The notes below the pieces were generated by a model. That model saw only the letters and a program-made list of their open reading frames with translations. It was not told the origin of the DNA and ran no database searches. The translations under genes and the position numbers were made by a program. Of a stretch of 64,000 nucleotides of DNA, positions 1 to 13,046 are shown in pieces; position 1 is the stretch's first letter; each line of letters begins with the position of its first letter. This stretch comes from Octopus sinensis (Eukaryota), in NCBI RefSeq assembly GCF_006345805.1, contig NC_043006.1, positions 13,702,001-13,766,000 on the forward strand. Direction: 5' to 3'.

Positions 1-41
1 TTCAAGCAAAGTGAAAAGTGTTTAAAAACAATGCAACAAAA

Positions 42-742
42 GATTTATTTGACATTTCTAGTTGCAAGTGCAACACCTTTAGAAACTGCAGTTGTAATAG
101 ACAAAAAAGGTATAAGAGAAAAAACAAGATTTTTTACACGATCAACGGACAAATCGGAAAATGATCATTGACAGAACAGATCAAGCAGTATCTAAGCAGA
201 ACACTCAGAGGTTGATTAGAAAGAATCGCCCAGATCACAGTCCCCTATTCTACGTCAGCAGATTCTGAATTGATTCAAGCAATGAATCTGGAAAGGGATC
301 AGCAGGCGAACATGAACATTTTCCAATTCCATTTTCCATGAAACGAAAAGACCTCAGCAAAAACATTTGTTCATATAACACTTCTATTCGGTGACCAAGT
401 ATTAAAAATAATAAAGAAAACAAAGTCGTAAAGTGTATTTATTTCACATAATTTCGAAATATCAAGTGCGTTGCGGACCTTGAAGATATAAATTTTAGAG
501 CTTGAGATTTTAATACTATTGTTTTTAAAGAGTTTTGCAACGGAAAATCGATTCGTAATGAATGTAAAACATAAAGGGAGGAATGGCAAAAATAAAGGGA
601 GGAATGGCAGAGCTTGAAGTTGTAAATTTAAGAACTTCAGATTTTAACACAGTTGTTTCTAAAGAATTTCGCAATGCAAAATATATTCTTGAAAACATAT
701 TTCGAAAATCTGTGTAAAAAGTACCCGTTTCGCTCCACCCTA
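42..742 (+). mobile_element. Internally deleted DNA transposon remnant, hAT-like (hATm-type?)
   Basis: Frameshifted peptide DLFDISSCKC..CSC / QDFLHDQRTNRKMII (42-225) matches a motif I recall from invertebrate transposase N-termini. Subterminal repeats at ~495-545 and ~625-680. End ...CGCTCCACCCTA (reverse complement TAGGGTG...) at 742. Superfamily assignment is from memory. Confidence 0.4.
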
Positions 743-1264
743 GTATACATGTGTGCTGAAAGTGGAAGGACGCATAAGGTGTGCGAGGGGGAATATTTGT
801 CTTTTAGAAAATACGAAATCGATTGAGGCCAGTAGAGATAGCTGCTTAAACAGAATACAAGCTGTTATTCACGCTGAAACAAGGAAATAGGAATGACATA
901 ATATATGATATATATAAAGCTGAATTTGACTGTGTATGGCAGGTTTGGTAGCCTTCAACTAACACTATCTCCTCCAAGACCCTGCGGCGCAAGTTGACCA
1001 AAATTGAGCGTATGATAGAAGATTTGCTCTTCATTCCGTAGAAGAAAAAATTTAAATCGGACCATGTTAACACCAAAAATTATTTATATCAAAAAGGTAC
1101 TTTTTTTCTATGAAAATCCTTATTTATTTTCGATTTTTTGACTGCTGTGTCACCATTTTTCGGTGTATTTCAACCAAAAAATTGTTCACTTAAAGAGAAT
1201 AACAAGCTACATAATGCAAAAGTTTTACTTTTCAAAAATTCTAATTCTAAAGGGTCGAAACAAA

Positions 1265-1293
1265 CCCGAGCAACGCCGGGAGATACTACTAGT
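1265..1293 (+). mobile_element. Helitron-type 3' terminus (hairpin + CTAG|T)
   Basis: CCCGAGCAACGCCGGG hairpin at 1265-1280 followed by CTAG at 1289-1292 and T. The 5' end was not located. Confidence 0.5.
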
Positions 1294-2119
1294 ATATGAT
1301 ATATTAATCTCCAAAACAACAAGACGCAGGTGGGAGAAGCCGGCAGATTTGGAGTCATGGACCACTGGTCTGAATGGACTGATATTGTTGCGTCATACAT
1401 CGAGCAAGTCTTATCTAAAATGGTCGTCCAAACGGTGACCACTTTTTTTTACAGTAAAATGTACATGAAAGGAGAGAATATTGCAGTTAGGGAGCACTGA
1501 TCTATATCACCTGTCCCAGATATTCGAAGTAGCCAATATTACTTTCGTTGTTGCTGCAGTTGCTTTTTACGAATCTGCCTGATAATTCCGTCTTGTTTTC
1601 AGTTATAATATACCCAATACTGTTTCCCTTTTAGAGTTCTGTTTAATTTCAAGGCAGTCGGTTATATTTTTAGCTCTAAGTTGAACGACTCAGTAGAAAG
1701 TCTCCCGTCGACTCGTAGTTCAAATTGTTGTTGTTGTTGGTGGTGGTTTGCCCTTATTGAGCAGGTCTATAAGAACTTTAGTTCTAGCCATGACCTTCCC
1801 ATTTATTCCAGTCTTAGTTTATCAAGAACTGCATCATATTAAATGAGCAATTAATATTTACTTTCGTTCCATTGGAATTTGAAGTATGTTTGTATTTGGT
1901 ACCTTGTTCTAAACTAATAAAGTATTAATACTGCTATTATTACTGCAGTATTTAAATAGCAGTATCAATAGCAGTATTTTGGATTAATACTGCTTCAGTT
2001 GCGAATAATTATTTTTCTAATAATCCTACAGTCTATTTACATCGGTAACTGAAAGGTCACTAGAATTCTATATATCGTTGGCAGTGAGAGTTGGCTGGTA
2101 TGCGGCTAGCTGACAGCTC

Positions 2120-2159
2120 TCACTGAGGAGACACAGTACGTCGAAATCGCGTGATCTGG
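2120..2159 (+). ncRNA. Type I hammerhead-like motif with canonical core
   Basis: CTGAGGA (2123-2129), GAC/GTC stem II, GAAA (2143-2146), quasi-palindromic stem III, AUC triplet. Stem I is only 3 bp. Confidence 0.45.
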
Positions 2160-3000
2160 ACGTTCCAGAGCCCGTAGATGACGGTTCCCGTCTGCCCACG
2201 ATATAGGTATATTTGTTTTTATGCACCATGCGAATATATAAGAGGTCCTTTCAAGGAAAATACTGCAATATTCCGCGCTCTAACAAAACATCAACGTTAA
2301 CTTGGATATAAATATTATCTTTTAACAAACCAACATTAGCCATTAACAGAAGCACTTCGATCTATATATAAGTTTTCGCTTGTGAGAGATTTATTTACTT
2401 ATCCGGAATTTGAAGTAGTAAAATCGGTAGAATATGAATTATAAATAAATTAACAAAAAAGAAGCAGGTGATATGTCGTCTAGGTGTCTAGTCTTTCATA
2501 TTGGAATTCAAAAAGTGTCATAAATTCGAATCATTTCTCTTGCAATATGAATGATGAATGATAAATTGCATACATAAATATGTGCATGCTTGTGCATAAC
2601 CGCTTGTGCGTGTTTGTATGTTAGACAAGCACACATACACACACACACACAACAGTGATGGAAGTCAAATTTCTTCAATTTGGTAATTAATTCTGTTTTG
2701 TAATTAAAGACGTTTCCGTGAATTTATTTCCTCTAAGGCATTCGAGCATTATCCAAAACCTAATAGCACTTCCGGTTTTATATTTTACTAAAATGCCATA
2801 TATTTCTTGAGGAATGTTTAAGTAATTAAATTTACTCTCTTGTATTCGATATCGACCTGAAATTACAGGAGAAGACAGCAAGAAGGACGGCGAAATTGAA
2901 TCTAGTAAAATTTGAATATCAAAACGTAAAGGGATGAAACTGAATTTTGCAAAGAATTATGGTTTAAAACTCCGATATTTCTGCCACTTTGATGGCATGT

Positions 3001-3290
3001 TTATTATTTTATGCGCACTTTTCAAGCTTAGCCAGGCTCATTGGCCCGGTTTTCCGGTTTCTGTGGCGTACGAGTTCCCCCCAGTTGGACGGGACGCTAA
3101 TCCATCGTAGCGTTACCCAAGAAACAGTGAGAGATAGTTGGGGCGAAAGAGTACAACAGGGGTCGCCACCATTCCCTGCCGGAGCTTCTTGGAGCTTTAG
3201 GGGTTTTCGCTCAATAAACACACACAGCGCCCGATCTGGGAATCGAAACCGCGAGTCCGCGGCCCTGACACTGGGCCATTGCGCCTACAC
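3001..3290 (-). mobile_element. tRNA-derived SINE (head C + tail Y)
   Basis: tRNA-like head GGCGCAATGGCCCAGTG...GTTTCGATTCCC on minus. 15-bp TSD ACTT(T/A)GATGGCATGT at 2986-3000 and 3291-3305. Confidence 0.85.
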
Positions 3291-3314
3291 ACTTAGATGG
3301 CATGTAACTTGAGA

Positions 3315-3545
3315 ATAATATTGGTTTTAAAATTTGACAAAAGGACAAGTTCAGGGACGAGGGTAAGTTGATTACATTGATTCAAGTGTTCAATTGGCAC
3401 CTATTTTATCGACCCCGAAGGATGAAAGGCAAAGTCAACTTCGGCAGCATTTGAACTCATAATGTAAAGCCGGAAAAAATGTCACTAAACATTTTTTTTT
3501 TCTTTTTACGGTGCATTAACGATTCTGCTATCTCACTACCTTACT
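3315..3545 (-). mobile_element. SINE family D, decayed
   Basis: Contains GGATGAAAGGCAAAGTC..CGGC..ATTTGAACTC core shared with many copies in the window. Confidence 0.7.
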
Positions 3546-3967
3546 TCAAAGCAGTATTGGAAACTAAATATTATAATGAGATGGAAGTTAAACAACTCTG
3601 GGTGCTTCCAGTATGTTTGAACGTATACTTGGTCAGTTAATCCCTTTACGAACACACCGACCACGAATAGAAAATAACATTTCTTTCTAAATTAAATCTT
3701 GGAATTTTGCGTTAAGTGCAAATAGGCAAAATAAGGAAGGTTTTCGTTGACTCAGTTTTTATTCTCAGTTGTATTGTTCTATACGATTTCGAAGAATTTC
3801 TGTTGCAATTTCTGTTGGGGAGGGGATTGGCAAAAATGGGATCATGCATATTTCTAATCCAGCTTAATTTGAATATTTCTTTCAAAAACTGCGAAAAAGA
3901 ATTATTCTAATATTTCATTTAATTTAAAATTACTAATGAGTAAAATATTCTTTACTTGTCGGATGTA

Positions 3968-4043
<76 letters not shown>

Positions 4044-4054
4044 CATACATATCT

Positions 4055-4468
4055 CTCTTTCTCTCTATTACTTGTTTCAGTCATTTGACTGCGGCCATGC
4101 TGGAGCACAGCCTTTAATCGAGCAACTCGACCCCGGGACTTATACTTTTTTGTAAACCCAGTACTTATTCTATCGGTCTCTTTTGCCGAACCGCTAAGTG
4201 ACGGTGACGTAAACACACCAGCATTGGTTGTCAAGCGAACTTGGGGAGGACAAACCCAGACACACAAACACACACACACACGCATATATATATATACATA
4301 TATACGACGGGCTTCTTTCAGTTTCCGTCTACCAAATCCACTCACAAGGCTATGGTCGGCCCGAGGCTATAGTAGAAGACACTTGCCCAAGGTGCTACGC
4401 AGTGGGACTGAACCCGGAACCATGTGGTTGGTAAACAAGCTACTTACCACACAGCCACTCCTGCGCCT
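4055..4468 (-). mobile_element. SINE family A (internal microsatellite)
   Basis: Head AGGCGCAGGAGTGGCTGTGTGG...GGTTCAGTCCC, internal (TA/TG)n, tail ending (GTAAAAGA)n. Nine copies in the window. Confidence 0.9.
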
Positions 4469-4479
4469 ATGTGTCAATT

Positions 4480-4489
4480 AAAAATATAT

Positions 4490-4524
<35 letters not shown>

Positions 4525-4563
4525 CATACACACAAATACATAGGGGCAGACAGACAGACAGAC

Positions 4564-4594
<31 letters not shown>

Positions 4595-4595
4595 C

Positions 4596-4677
<82 letters not shown>

Positions 4678-4900
4678 ATTTTGACATAAGGCCAGCATGT
4701 CCTGGCGGGTGGAGGGTAGTCGATAACATCGACCCCAGTACTCCACTTGTACTGATTTTATAAATCATGTTGTGATGAAAAGTAATGTCCGACCCGGTGA
4801 AATGTGTAATCGCAATGTAAAGACGGACAAAATGCCTCTAAACATTTTGCCCGTCGTGCTAACGATTCTGCCAGCCCACCGCCTTAATGTAGATATAGAG

Positions 4901-4967
<67 letters not shown>

Positions 4968-4990
4968 TATGTGTGTGTATGTGTGTGTGT

Positions 4991-5040
<50 letters not shown>
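4480..5040. repeat. Compound microsatellites (CA)n, (GATA)n, (TA)n, (TG)n, (AG)n with a SINE-D fragment at ~4697-4888
   Basis: Directly visible. Confidence 0.9.
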
Positions 5041-5044
<4 letters not shown>

Positions 5045-5858
5045 TGGACAAATTTGTGTGTGATAAGTGCCAATACACGAAACTCTCAGGTTTTGACTTA
5101 CTCTCTAACTTCTGCTTATGATATATATGCATATTATACTTATATGTGTAAAAAAAAATCTCATCATGCAATCAAACCAATGAAAAAGCCTCCATCTGGT
5201 CGCTCGACACGCTAAAAATAGCACCCAACGTAAATCTTTACCCAGTAAAATCCTAAATTTTTAATTGACACATTATTATCTTAAAACAGCAATGATTGGA
5301 AAAATCATGGATTACATGGAAAAATACGAGCATGAAAAGTAATATTCTTAAGATTATAAACCTAGTAAAGTACAGAACAAGTTATTACACGTATAAAAGT
5401 ATAGGACAAGCTATTACTTCAAGTAAAGTAAATAATAAGTGACATTTTACTTAAAATATTGCAGCTAAAATTAAAATGTGAATATTAAAAAATATTTCAT
5501 TATAGGTTACAAGTAACACTATACATATTTCTGAAATACAGAAAAAAGTGACTAATTAGCTGAAGAGTTTTGTACAATAAATTTAAAAGATGACAACTGT
5601 CAAGAATGATAAATTAGAACTGATATTCTTTGCTGCAATAATTTAATTAAAAAGTTTCTCATTCGTTTCTTTACTTGAAGTTTTAGTTTATCCTTTACTT
5701 TTCCCCAATCTAAATTCTAAATTATCTAACTCTTTAACAACTTATATACACAAACTCAAATCCCGAAATGTTCCCCATACTCTATCCTGGTCCATAGTAA
5801 GTGAGCTCGCCTCACCGCATACAACACAAAGCTTGGCATTTGTAAATTGTGCTTAAAT

Positions 5859-6023
5859 AGGCGCAGGAGTGGCTGTGTGGTAAGTAGCTTGCTAACCAAC
5901 CACATGGTCCGGGTTCAGTTCCACTGCGTGGCATCTTGGGCAAGTGTCTTCTGCTATAGCCCCGGGCCGACCAATGCCTTGTGAGTGTATTTGGTAGACG
6001 GAAACTGAAAGAAGCCTGTCGTA

Positions 6024-6061
<38 letters not shown>

Positions 6062-6290
6062 TGTGTGTGTGTATATGTTTGTGTGTCTGTGTTTGTCCCT
6101 CTAGCATTGCTTGACAACCGATGCTGGTGTGTTTACGTCCCCGTCACTTAGCGGTTCGGCAAAAGAGACCGATAGAATAAGTACTGGGCTTACAAAGAAT
6201 AAGTGCCGGAGTCGATTTGCTCGACTAAAGGCGGTGCTTCAGCATGGCCGCAGTCAAAGACTAAAGCAAGTAAAAGAGTAAAGAGTAAAG
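5859..6290 (+). mobile_element. SINE family A
   Basis: Full head, internal microsatellite and tail, as at 4055-4468. Confidence 0.9.
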
Positions 6291-6677
6291 TGTAAGGGAA
6301 TCGTTAGCCAGCCTTCGCAACAACACCATTACTTAATAGATTTTCAGGTGTAAAACTAATACTTGATAGATTCTCAGTTATAAAACTCTCCTGTAAACAA
6401 GGGTTCTATTCATCATTTACCCATTTTATTAAATCTATGGAATTCCATAACTATGATTGCTCTTAATTATAATTAATCTTGTGTTACAACTACATTGGCC
6501 TAGTAATTTATGCCCTTCACTAATACCATCCTTTCTACTAAATTATTCCTTCTCATGATTACCTTTGCAAATTTCTCTTACCTACCAGATCCCACCTCCC
6601 TCACGGCTCCCCCATCCTCACAAGTATTCTTTCCCCATTTCCCCCATTCCTTTGATGGCATGTAACTTCCTTTTAAT

Positions 6678-6865
6678 ATTGGTTTTAAAATTTGGCACAA
6701 GGACAAGTTCAGGAGAGAGGGCAAGCTGATTACATCGATTCCAGCGCTCAATTTGTACTTAAGGATGTCGAAGGATGAAAGGCTAAGTCAACCTCGGCAG
6801 CATTTAAGAAATGTCACTAAACGTTTTCTTTTCTTCTTGCGGTGCGTTGACGATTCTGCTACCTT
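6678..6865 (-). mobile_element. SINE family D, decayed
   Basis: Similar to 3315-3545. Confidence 0.6.
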
Positions 6866-7210
6866 ACTTCAAAGTAAGGTAGTGAACACATCAGCACTCC
6901 TCCTCCACAACAAACCTACCTCCATTATAGTACTAACCACTGCTACCTTGACTACCGACTCACCCCCACTCAGTCTACATCCCTCTATCTTCTCTCATAC
7001 TTTTCTACATACATTAGTAATCTGCCTCCGACGCCGAATTAGACACCTTCCCTCCCTGAAATAATTGCCATCCCTTTTCTCACTATCTCAACTCCGAATA
7101 ATTCGAGAGCTATTTCCCTAAACTTTGACACCTATACACAAACCCAATAACAACTGACCGCCCTTCAAGTACTATCTATCCCAACCCTCCCACTCACCTA
7201 TTTCTTTACT

Positions 7211-7428
7211 ACCCACAAGGGGCTAAACACAGAAGGGACAAATAATGTCAGACAAACGGATTAAGTCGATTACATCGACCCCAGTGCGTAGCTGGTACTT
7301 AATTTATTGACCCCGAGAGGATGAAAGGCAAAGTCGACCTCGGCGGAATTTGAACTCAGAACGTAAAGGCAGACGAAATATTGCAAAGCCTTTCGCCCGG
7401 CGTGTTAACGTTTCTGCCAGCTCGCCTC
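7211..7428 (-). mobile_element. SINE family D
   Basis: Head GGCGAGCTGGCAGAAACGTT...GAGTTCAAATTCC (A/B-box-like) on minus, central CCTTTCATCCTCTCGGGGTC domain. Confidence 0.85.
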
Positions 7429-7584
7429 CCACTTACCCCCAACTCTCCACTTACTGAACTATTCTACAAAGAATGAACACACTCATTATTGGAAAATAAA
7501 AACGTACAAGATTTCGTGTTTACTTTCTAGTACTGTTTATGTTTTTATAGATCTTTTCGTGATATCATATTCATCAACTTTAAA

Positions 7585-7905
7585 GACTCCGCCGGTTACG
7601 ACGACGAGGGTCCCAGCTGATACGATCAACGGAACAGCTTGCTCGTGAAATTAACGTGCAAATGGCTGAGCATTCCACAGACACGTGTACCCTTAACGTA
7701 GTTCTCGGGGATAATCAGCGTGACACAGAGAGTGACAAGCCTGACCCTTTGAAATACAAGTACAACTCATTTTTGCCAGCTGAGTGGACTGGAGCAACGT
7801 GAAATAAAGTGTCTTGCTCAAGGACACAACGCGTCGCCGGGAATCGAACTCACAACCTTACGATCATGAGCCGAATGCCCTAACCACTAAGCCACGCGCC
7901 CTCAC
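7585..7905 (-). mobile_element. tRNA-derived SINE (head B + tail X)
   Basis: GTGAGGGCGCGTGGCTTAGTGGTTAGGGC...GTTCGATTCCC head (A and B boxes). Near-identical to 12565-12885. Confidence 0.9.
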
Positions 7906-8091
7906 TCATGAACTAGTAGCTTATTATTGGTGTAGTTATCGCATGTCTTCCATTCGATAATGAGCAATAACACCTGCTTAATGAAAATCTTCACTTAAAA
8001 ATCTTCTGTGAAAACATAAATTCTATTGGAAAGAATACTTGAAATCTGATACGTTTTAATTTTCCACTAATGAATATGCTTTTTACTTGTA

Positions 8092-9730
8092 CGAGATGGT
8101 ATCAAAAACCTTCCCGTACTAGGTATTTTTAATTAAACAAAAAAGATTTATCTACTCAAGTTTTGACACCATCTGCTTCGAAATAGCTACGGTTGCGCAT
8201 TTATACACCGGTCCTAGCGGTCCTGCTGCTTTTGGAACCCGGCCTGGAAGTCGTTTTCCGTAAGCGAGTCGAGGACTTTTTGCGGTTCCCTCGACAACGG
8301 TGTTGAAACAGTGACCTTTGAGCTGCATTTTTCCATCTCGTGGAATAGATGGAAGTCTGCTTGAGCTAAAACTGAGAATTAGGGCGAGTGCGTAAGTGAT
8401 ACCATGTTGTTTTTGGCGAGAAACTCACGAGTGAGAAGAATTCTGTGACAGGGCACATTATCGTCGTGAAAAATCCAATTCTTCCTGCTCCACAGATCGA
8501 GTTGCTTTCGCTACATGTCCTCCCTCAAACGCTTCAAAGCGTCGTAGTAGAACGCTTGATTGACGGTCTGACCCTGACGGAACGAATTCTCGATGCACAA
8601 TATCGTGGACGTCGAAAAATATCAATGAGCATGATCTTGACCGAGCTGTGGCTCTGTCGTGCCTTCTTCGGTTGTAGAGATGAATGATTCTTCTATTGTA
8701 ACGACTGCAGGTTCGTCTCAGGGTTGAACTCGTAGACTCAACTCCCGTCGCCGGTGATGATCCTCGACATGAAGTACGGGTCAACAGCGGCAAGCTGACG
8801 GAGATCTTGAGAGACCTTTACGTGTTGTACTTTCTGCTCAGTGGTCAGCAGGCGGGGAACAAAATTGGCAGAGACACGCCGCTTGTTTAATTCAGACATT
8901 AGGATCGCTTGCACGGACCTATATGACAGACCAACAACATCAGCAATGACTCTGATTTTCCTCCGACGCTCCTTATGCACAAGCTGATGAATTTTCTTCA
9001 CATTTCTGGGTGTGCCGCTCGTCGCAGGTCTTCCAGATCGCTCGTCGTCTTCCAGGCTCTTCCTTCCGCTTTTAAAGTGCCGGTGCCACCCGAATCATTG
9101 CATACGACCCATTACCTCGTCGTCGTAAGCTTGCTGAAGCATGCTCAATGCCTCCGTAGGAGACCTTCCGAGTTTAATGCAAAATTTCACGTTGGCTCTT
9201 TGTTCAAACTTCCTGTCCATTACGAAATCACAGACTACAGCATACACGTGATCACAAAATCCACAAATTTCATAACTTGCTATGTAAGCACAGCTATGTG
9301 ACTCGATACACTGCCTCATGTGGAGGCACATGGCCTAGTGGTTAGAGCAGCGGACTCGCGGTCGAGGGATCACGGGTTCGAATCTCAGACCGGGCGATGT
9401 GTGTGTTTATGAGCGAATTACCTAAGCTCCACGCTGCTCCGGCAGAAGGTAATGGCGAACTTCTGCTGACTCTTTCGCCACAACTTTCTCTCACTCTTTC
9501 CTCCTGCATCTTGCAGCTTACCTGCGACAGACTGGCGTCCCGTCCAGGTGGGGAACCTATACGCCAAAGAAACCTGCAAGCCGGCCCTTATGAGCCAGGC
9601 ATAGCTCGAGAAAGAACAAACAAACAAACAAAAATACACTGCCTCATGAAGCTCCCTGCACACGTAACCGTGTGCTGCCATCTGTTGTCGTGCTACAGAA
9701 CTAGTCCGGGAACATTTTGATACCACCTCG
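8092..9730 (-). mobile_element. Full-length decayed mariner (Tc1/mariner) transposon
   Basis: TIRs CGAGATGGTATCAAAA / TTTTGATACCACCTCG flanked by TA. Transposase pieces EQRANVKFCIKLGRSPTE and RRVSANFVPRLLT...IITGDGS on minus. About 1311 bp after removing the nested SINE. Confidence 0.9.
9321..9633 (+). mobile_element. SINE (head C + tail Y) nested in the mariner
   Basis: Perfect 15-bp TSD ATACACTGCCTCATG at 9306-9320 and 9634-9648. Confidence 0.9.
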
Positions 9731-10441
9731 TATTATTTTAATTTTGCTATTCATTTTTTTCTCATTTATTAAATGTATCTGCATTCTATGTTCTACTGTC
9801 AAGACTGCGTTATATATATATAGCCATAACACAACACTGGCTTAGTATTATGTGCTAACGGTTAATTGAGAAATGATAAATAGATCATTGTTTAACACAT
9901 TCTGTAAATATGGAGAAGATAGTAAAGAGAACTATTTTCTTTTGTTCGATTCTAGAAATACTATGTAAAGTCCATTTCTACACTGGTATGACTTCCGGAT
10001 TACAAATATATCTTATGACATATTAGGAGACGTTGAACTTCAAAGTTTTCTAATGCGTCTTCGCAGAATAATTAAGATTCCTAGCCAGAATATACACTGG
10101 ACACGCACGCATTGGTAACACAAGTTGTTAAAGATTAATGAGAAACATTAGTAATTATTTTTTTTTTTTTTACGACAAATAATATAATTTCTAGTTTATC
10201 TATGTTACATATTATATACGATTATCTTGCTTTGCAGAAATTTCTGTTTTAAACATACATATATGTATATTTATATAATACGTATATGCATATGCGTGTA
10301 TGTGTATGTAGCTATATGTGTGTATATATCCATACACATACATACTTTCACACATATATACATACATAATATATATATGAGCAAATACATGTAACATGGT
10401 AGAAATATGCGTATTGTAAATATATGAATATATATACATAC

Positions 10442-10505
<64 letters not shown>

Positions 10506-10959
10506 GAGTGTATTTTACCTTGTTAACAATTAACACAGAAAATAAATAAATAGTTACCAGGGCAGCAAAAATCTTACAAGTAAAGGTGTTATAACTCCTT
10601 GTTTATAAAGGTAGAAACTTCGTGTTTACGTTGAATATTTGAATAATATGAATAAAAAATGGAGTTAACGCAAGTGTAAACAAATATTTTTACTTTCGAC
10701 ACATGTTTCGAAAATTCCACTGATACTATTCAAAAGAATAAATGGTATAAACAATGCAATCTTCTCTTCGGGAAAGTGAAAAAAACGAAACTCGTCAATA
10801 AGACATTTTAGTAAAAAATGATGGATTTGTATAGCGATAGACAGAAAACTATTAATATTGTTTAAAAAAACGTTATATGATATAACGTCATAAGTAGCTA
10901 ACAGAAAGAGTAGGGATATTAATAGTGAATGTTAAATATAAAGGAAATTAAAGTTTAAA

Positions 10960-12080
10960 TTATATATAATGATAGAGACTACTTATATGCACTAAATGTA
11001 TTTTTTGCCAATGCTTACATCTGTATGCTCGCTCTATAACCGTGTTTACTAGAGTATTTTTAGAAAAAATAATGAAAAATAGCTCAGAATTGCAGAGAAG
11101 ACAGAATTTTTTGCCTTTGTCATATGGTATCGAAATTGAGAGGATCAACCATTCTAAATGAAATTGTTCATTGTGGTCTTTTAAATTCCAAATCAGTTTG
11201 CTGAGACCGGTACTATTCCGTTTATTTCTATCCCTAAATGTTGAGATGTGCTTCCAATGTAAAATCGTACTTTATTACGAGTACTGATTATACACTGGTA
11301 TATAGAATGTTTAATCTTAGAGTTACTTGACATAAACTTAATTCTATTGGAATTGACTTCAGATACAATAACCTTGTTATTAATATTTCTAGAAGGTTGG
11401 ATGGTATTAGCTAAATTAATGTTAGTATTAGTAAATGTATTAATATTTAACAGTTTGTTATTATGAGAAGAGATAATTTGCAAGAGATGTTTTGTGTTTG
11501 AAAAACCTATCCTAACCTTATGTGAATTGATTATAGAGTAATATCTAGAATTGTTTGGAAAATTCCTAGCAATAGCTTTACGAAACAGATAATACCAATT
11601 CATAAATTACCTATTATGTTTAGGGGTACATGGATATAATAATGAATAACCTCAGATTCATATTAAATAACCACCTTATATTAGTAAATGGATGTATAAA
11701 TGATTGGATAGGTATTAATACTGAATTACAATATGAATAGTCACGTTTTTGAGTAACATTAAAACGGTATATCGATCTCTATAACTTCAACTATAATAAA
11801 CTCAAACTAGTAGATAATGATATATGGTCAGATACTTAATATATTGTATTTATTACAGTATTTTATACAACTTAACGTTTGCAACGAGTTTAAATGGAGA
11901 GGTTAAGTTGATTGTTTTGATTTGCATTACGGTAACGGTTTATTTACACGGTGAATTTTGATTTCTGTATCTTCCATAAATCACTTCCTTTTTCTATACC
12001 TTAAATGTTGTCAAATGTGTTTTGCATAGTTTCTATTTCTTTCGAAAGCTTTGTCTGAATATTCTCCAACCTTTGCCAAA
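10960..12080 (-). mobile_element. Penelope-like retroelement remnant (GIY-YIG endonuclease)
   Basis: KVRIGFSN..QIISSHNNKLL, IYQCIIS...FYIGST and PYDKGKKFCLLCNSE...RCKH match PLE linker, GIY-YIG and C-terminal motifs. Frameshifted. Confidence 0.8.
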
Positions 12081-12564
12081 TATTAATCTTAACGTTCTTT
12101 TTCCCTTTTAGGCCATTTTTTATACATTAGGAATTACCCTTTCAGGCCATTTTCTACATATTAGGAATTAGCATAGTTTTCACTTTTAATGGTTTATAAT
12201 ATTATTTTTTTTAGTTATTAGTATGTATGTGTGTGTATATATATACATATATATGTAAGTGGGTGTTTATGGGTATGTGTATATGTGTAAATATGTATGT
12301 ATATGGATATGTACGTACGTATGTATGTATGTATGTGTGTATTTATGTGCTTATGTTTATGTATGTACGTGTGTATGTGCGCATATGTATATGTATGTAC
12401 GTATGTGTATTTTAACAAACCAACCGTAACAAAGACAATGAAATTCAAATGTGCCAACCAATTGAATTGAGCTTGAGATTGTAAATAATCTATCAGCCCG
12501 TTAAGACCTATCACTCACCTATTGACCTGCGAATTCTATGCATGTACATGCATATGTTTTCTTA

Positions 12565-12885
12565 GACTCCGCCGGTTACGACGACGAGGGTCCCAGCTGA
12601 TGCGATCAACGGAACAGCTTGCTCGTGAAATTAACGTGGAAATGGCTGAGCATTCCACAGACACGTGTACCCTTAACGTAGTTCTCGGGGATAATCAGCG
12701 TGACACAGAGAGTGACAAGGCTGACCCTTTGAAGTACAAATACAACTCATTTTTGCCAGCTGAGTGGACTGGAGCAACGTGAAATAAAGTGTCTTGCTCA
12801 AGGACACAACGCGTCGCCGGGAATCGAACTTACAACCTTACGATCATGAACCGAATGCCCTAACCACTAAGCCACGCGCCCTCAC
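12565..12885 (-). mobile_element. SINE (head B + tail X)
   Basis: As 7585-7905. Confidence 0.9.
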
Positions 12886-12999
12886 ACATGCATATATACT
12901 TTTTGTATGATGGAAAAGGATAAAATCTCTTTATATATGTATATGTATTAATGGATGTTTTTGCGCATGTATCTATATTCATGTGCATGTATTTGGTAC

Positions 13000-13046
<47 letters not shown>

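Noticed and set aside
2687-2856. Possible terminal exon on minus after a good acceptor (CTTCTCCTGTAATTTCAG)
   Set aside because: The peptide is unrecognised and no partner exon is evident. It needs RNA-seq or homology evidence.
5812-6117. Recurrent ORFs such as ...[14 protein letters not shown]... and [11 protein letters not shown]...
   Set aside because: They are chance reading frames through SINE family A, repeated at every copy.
10690-10735. GAAA-CATGTG-TC hammerhead 3' half on minus near the Penelope remnant
   Set aside because: No CUGANGA-like core or stem II upstream.
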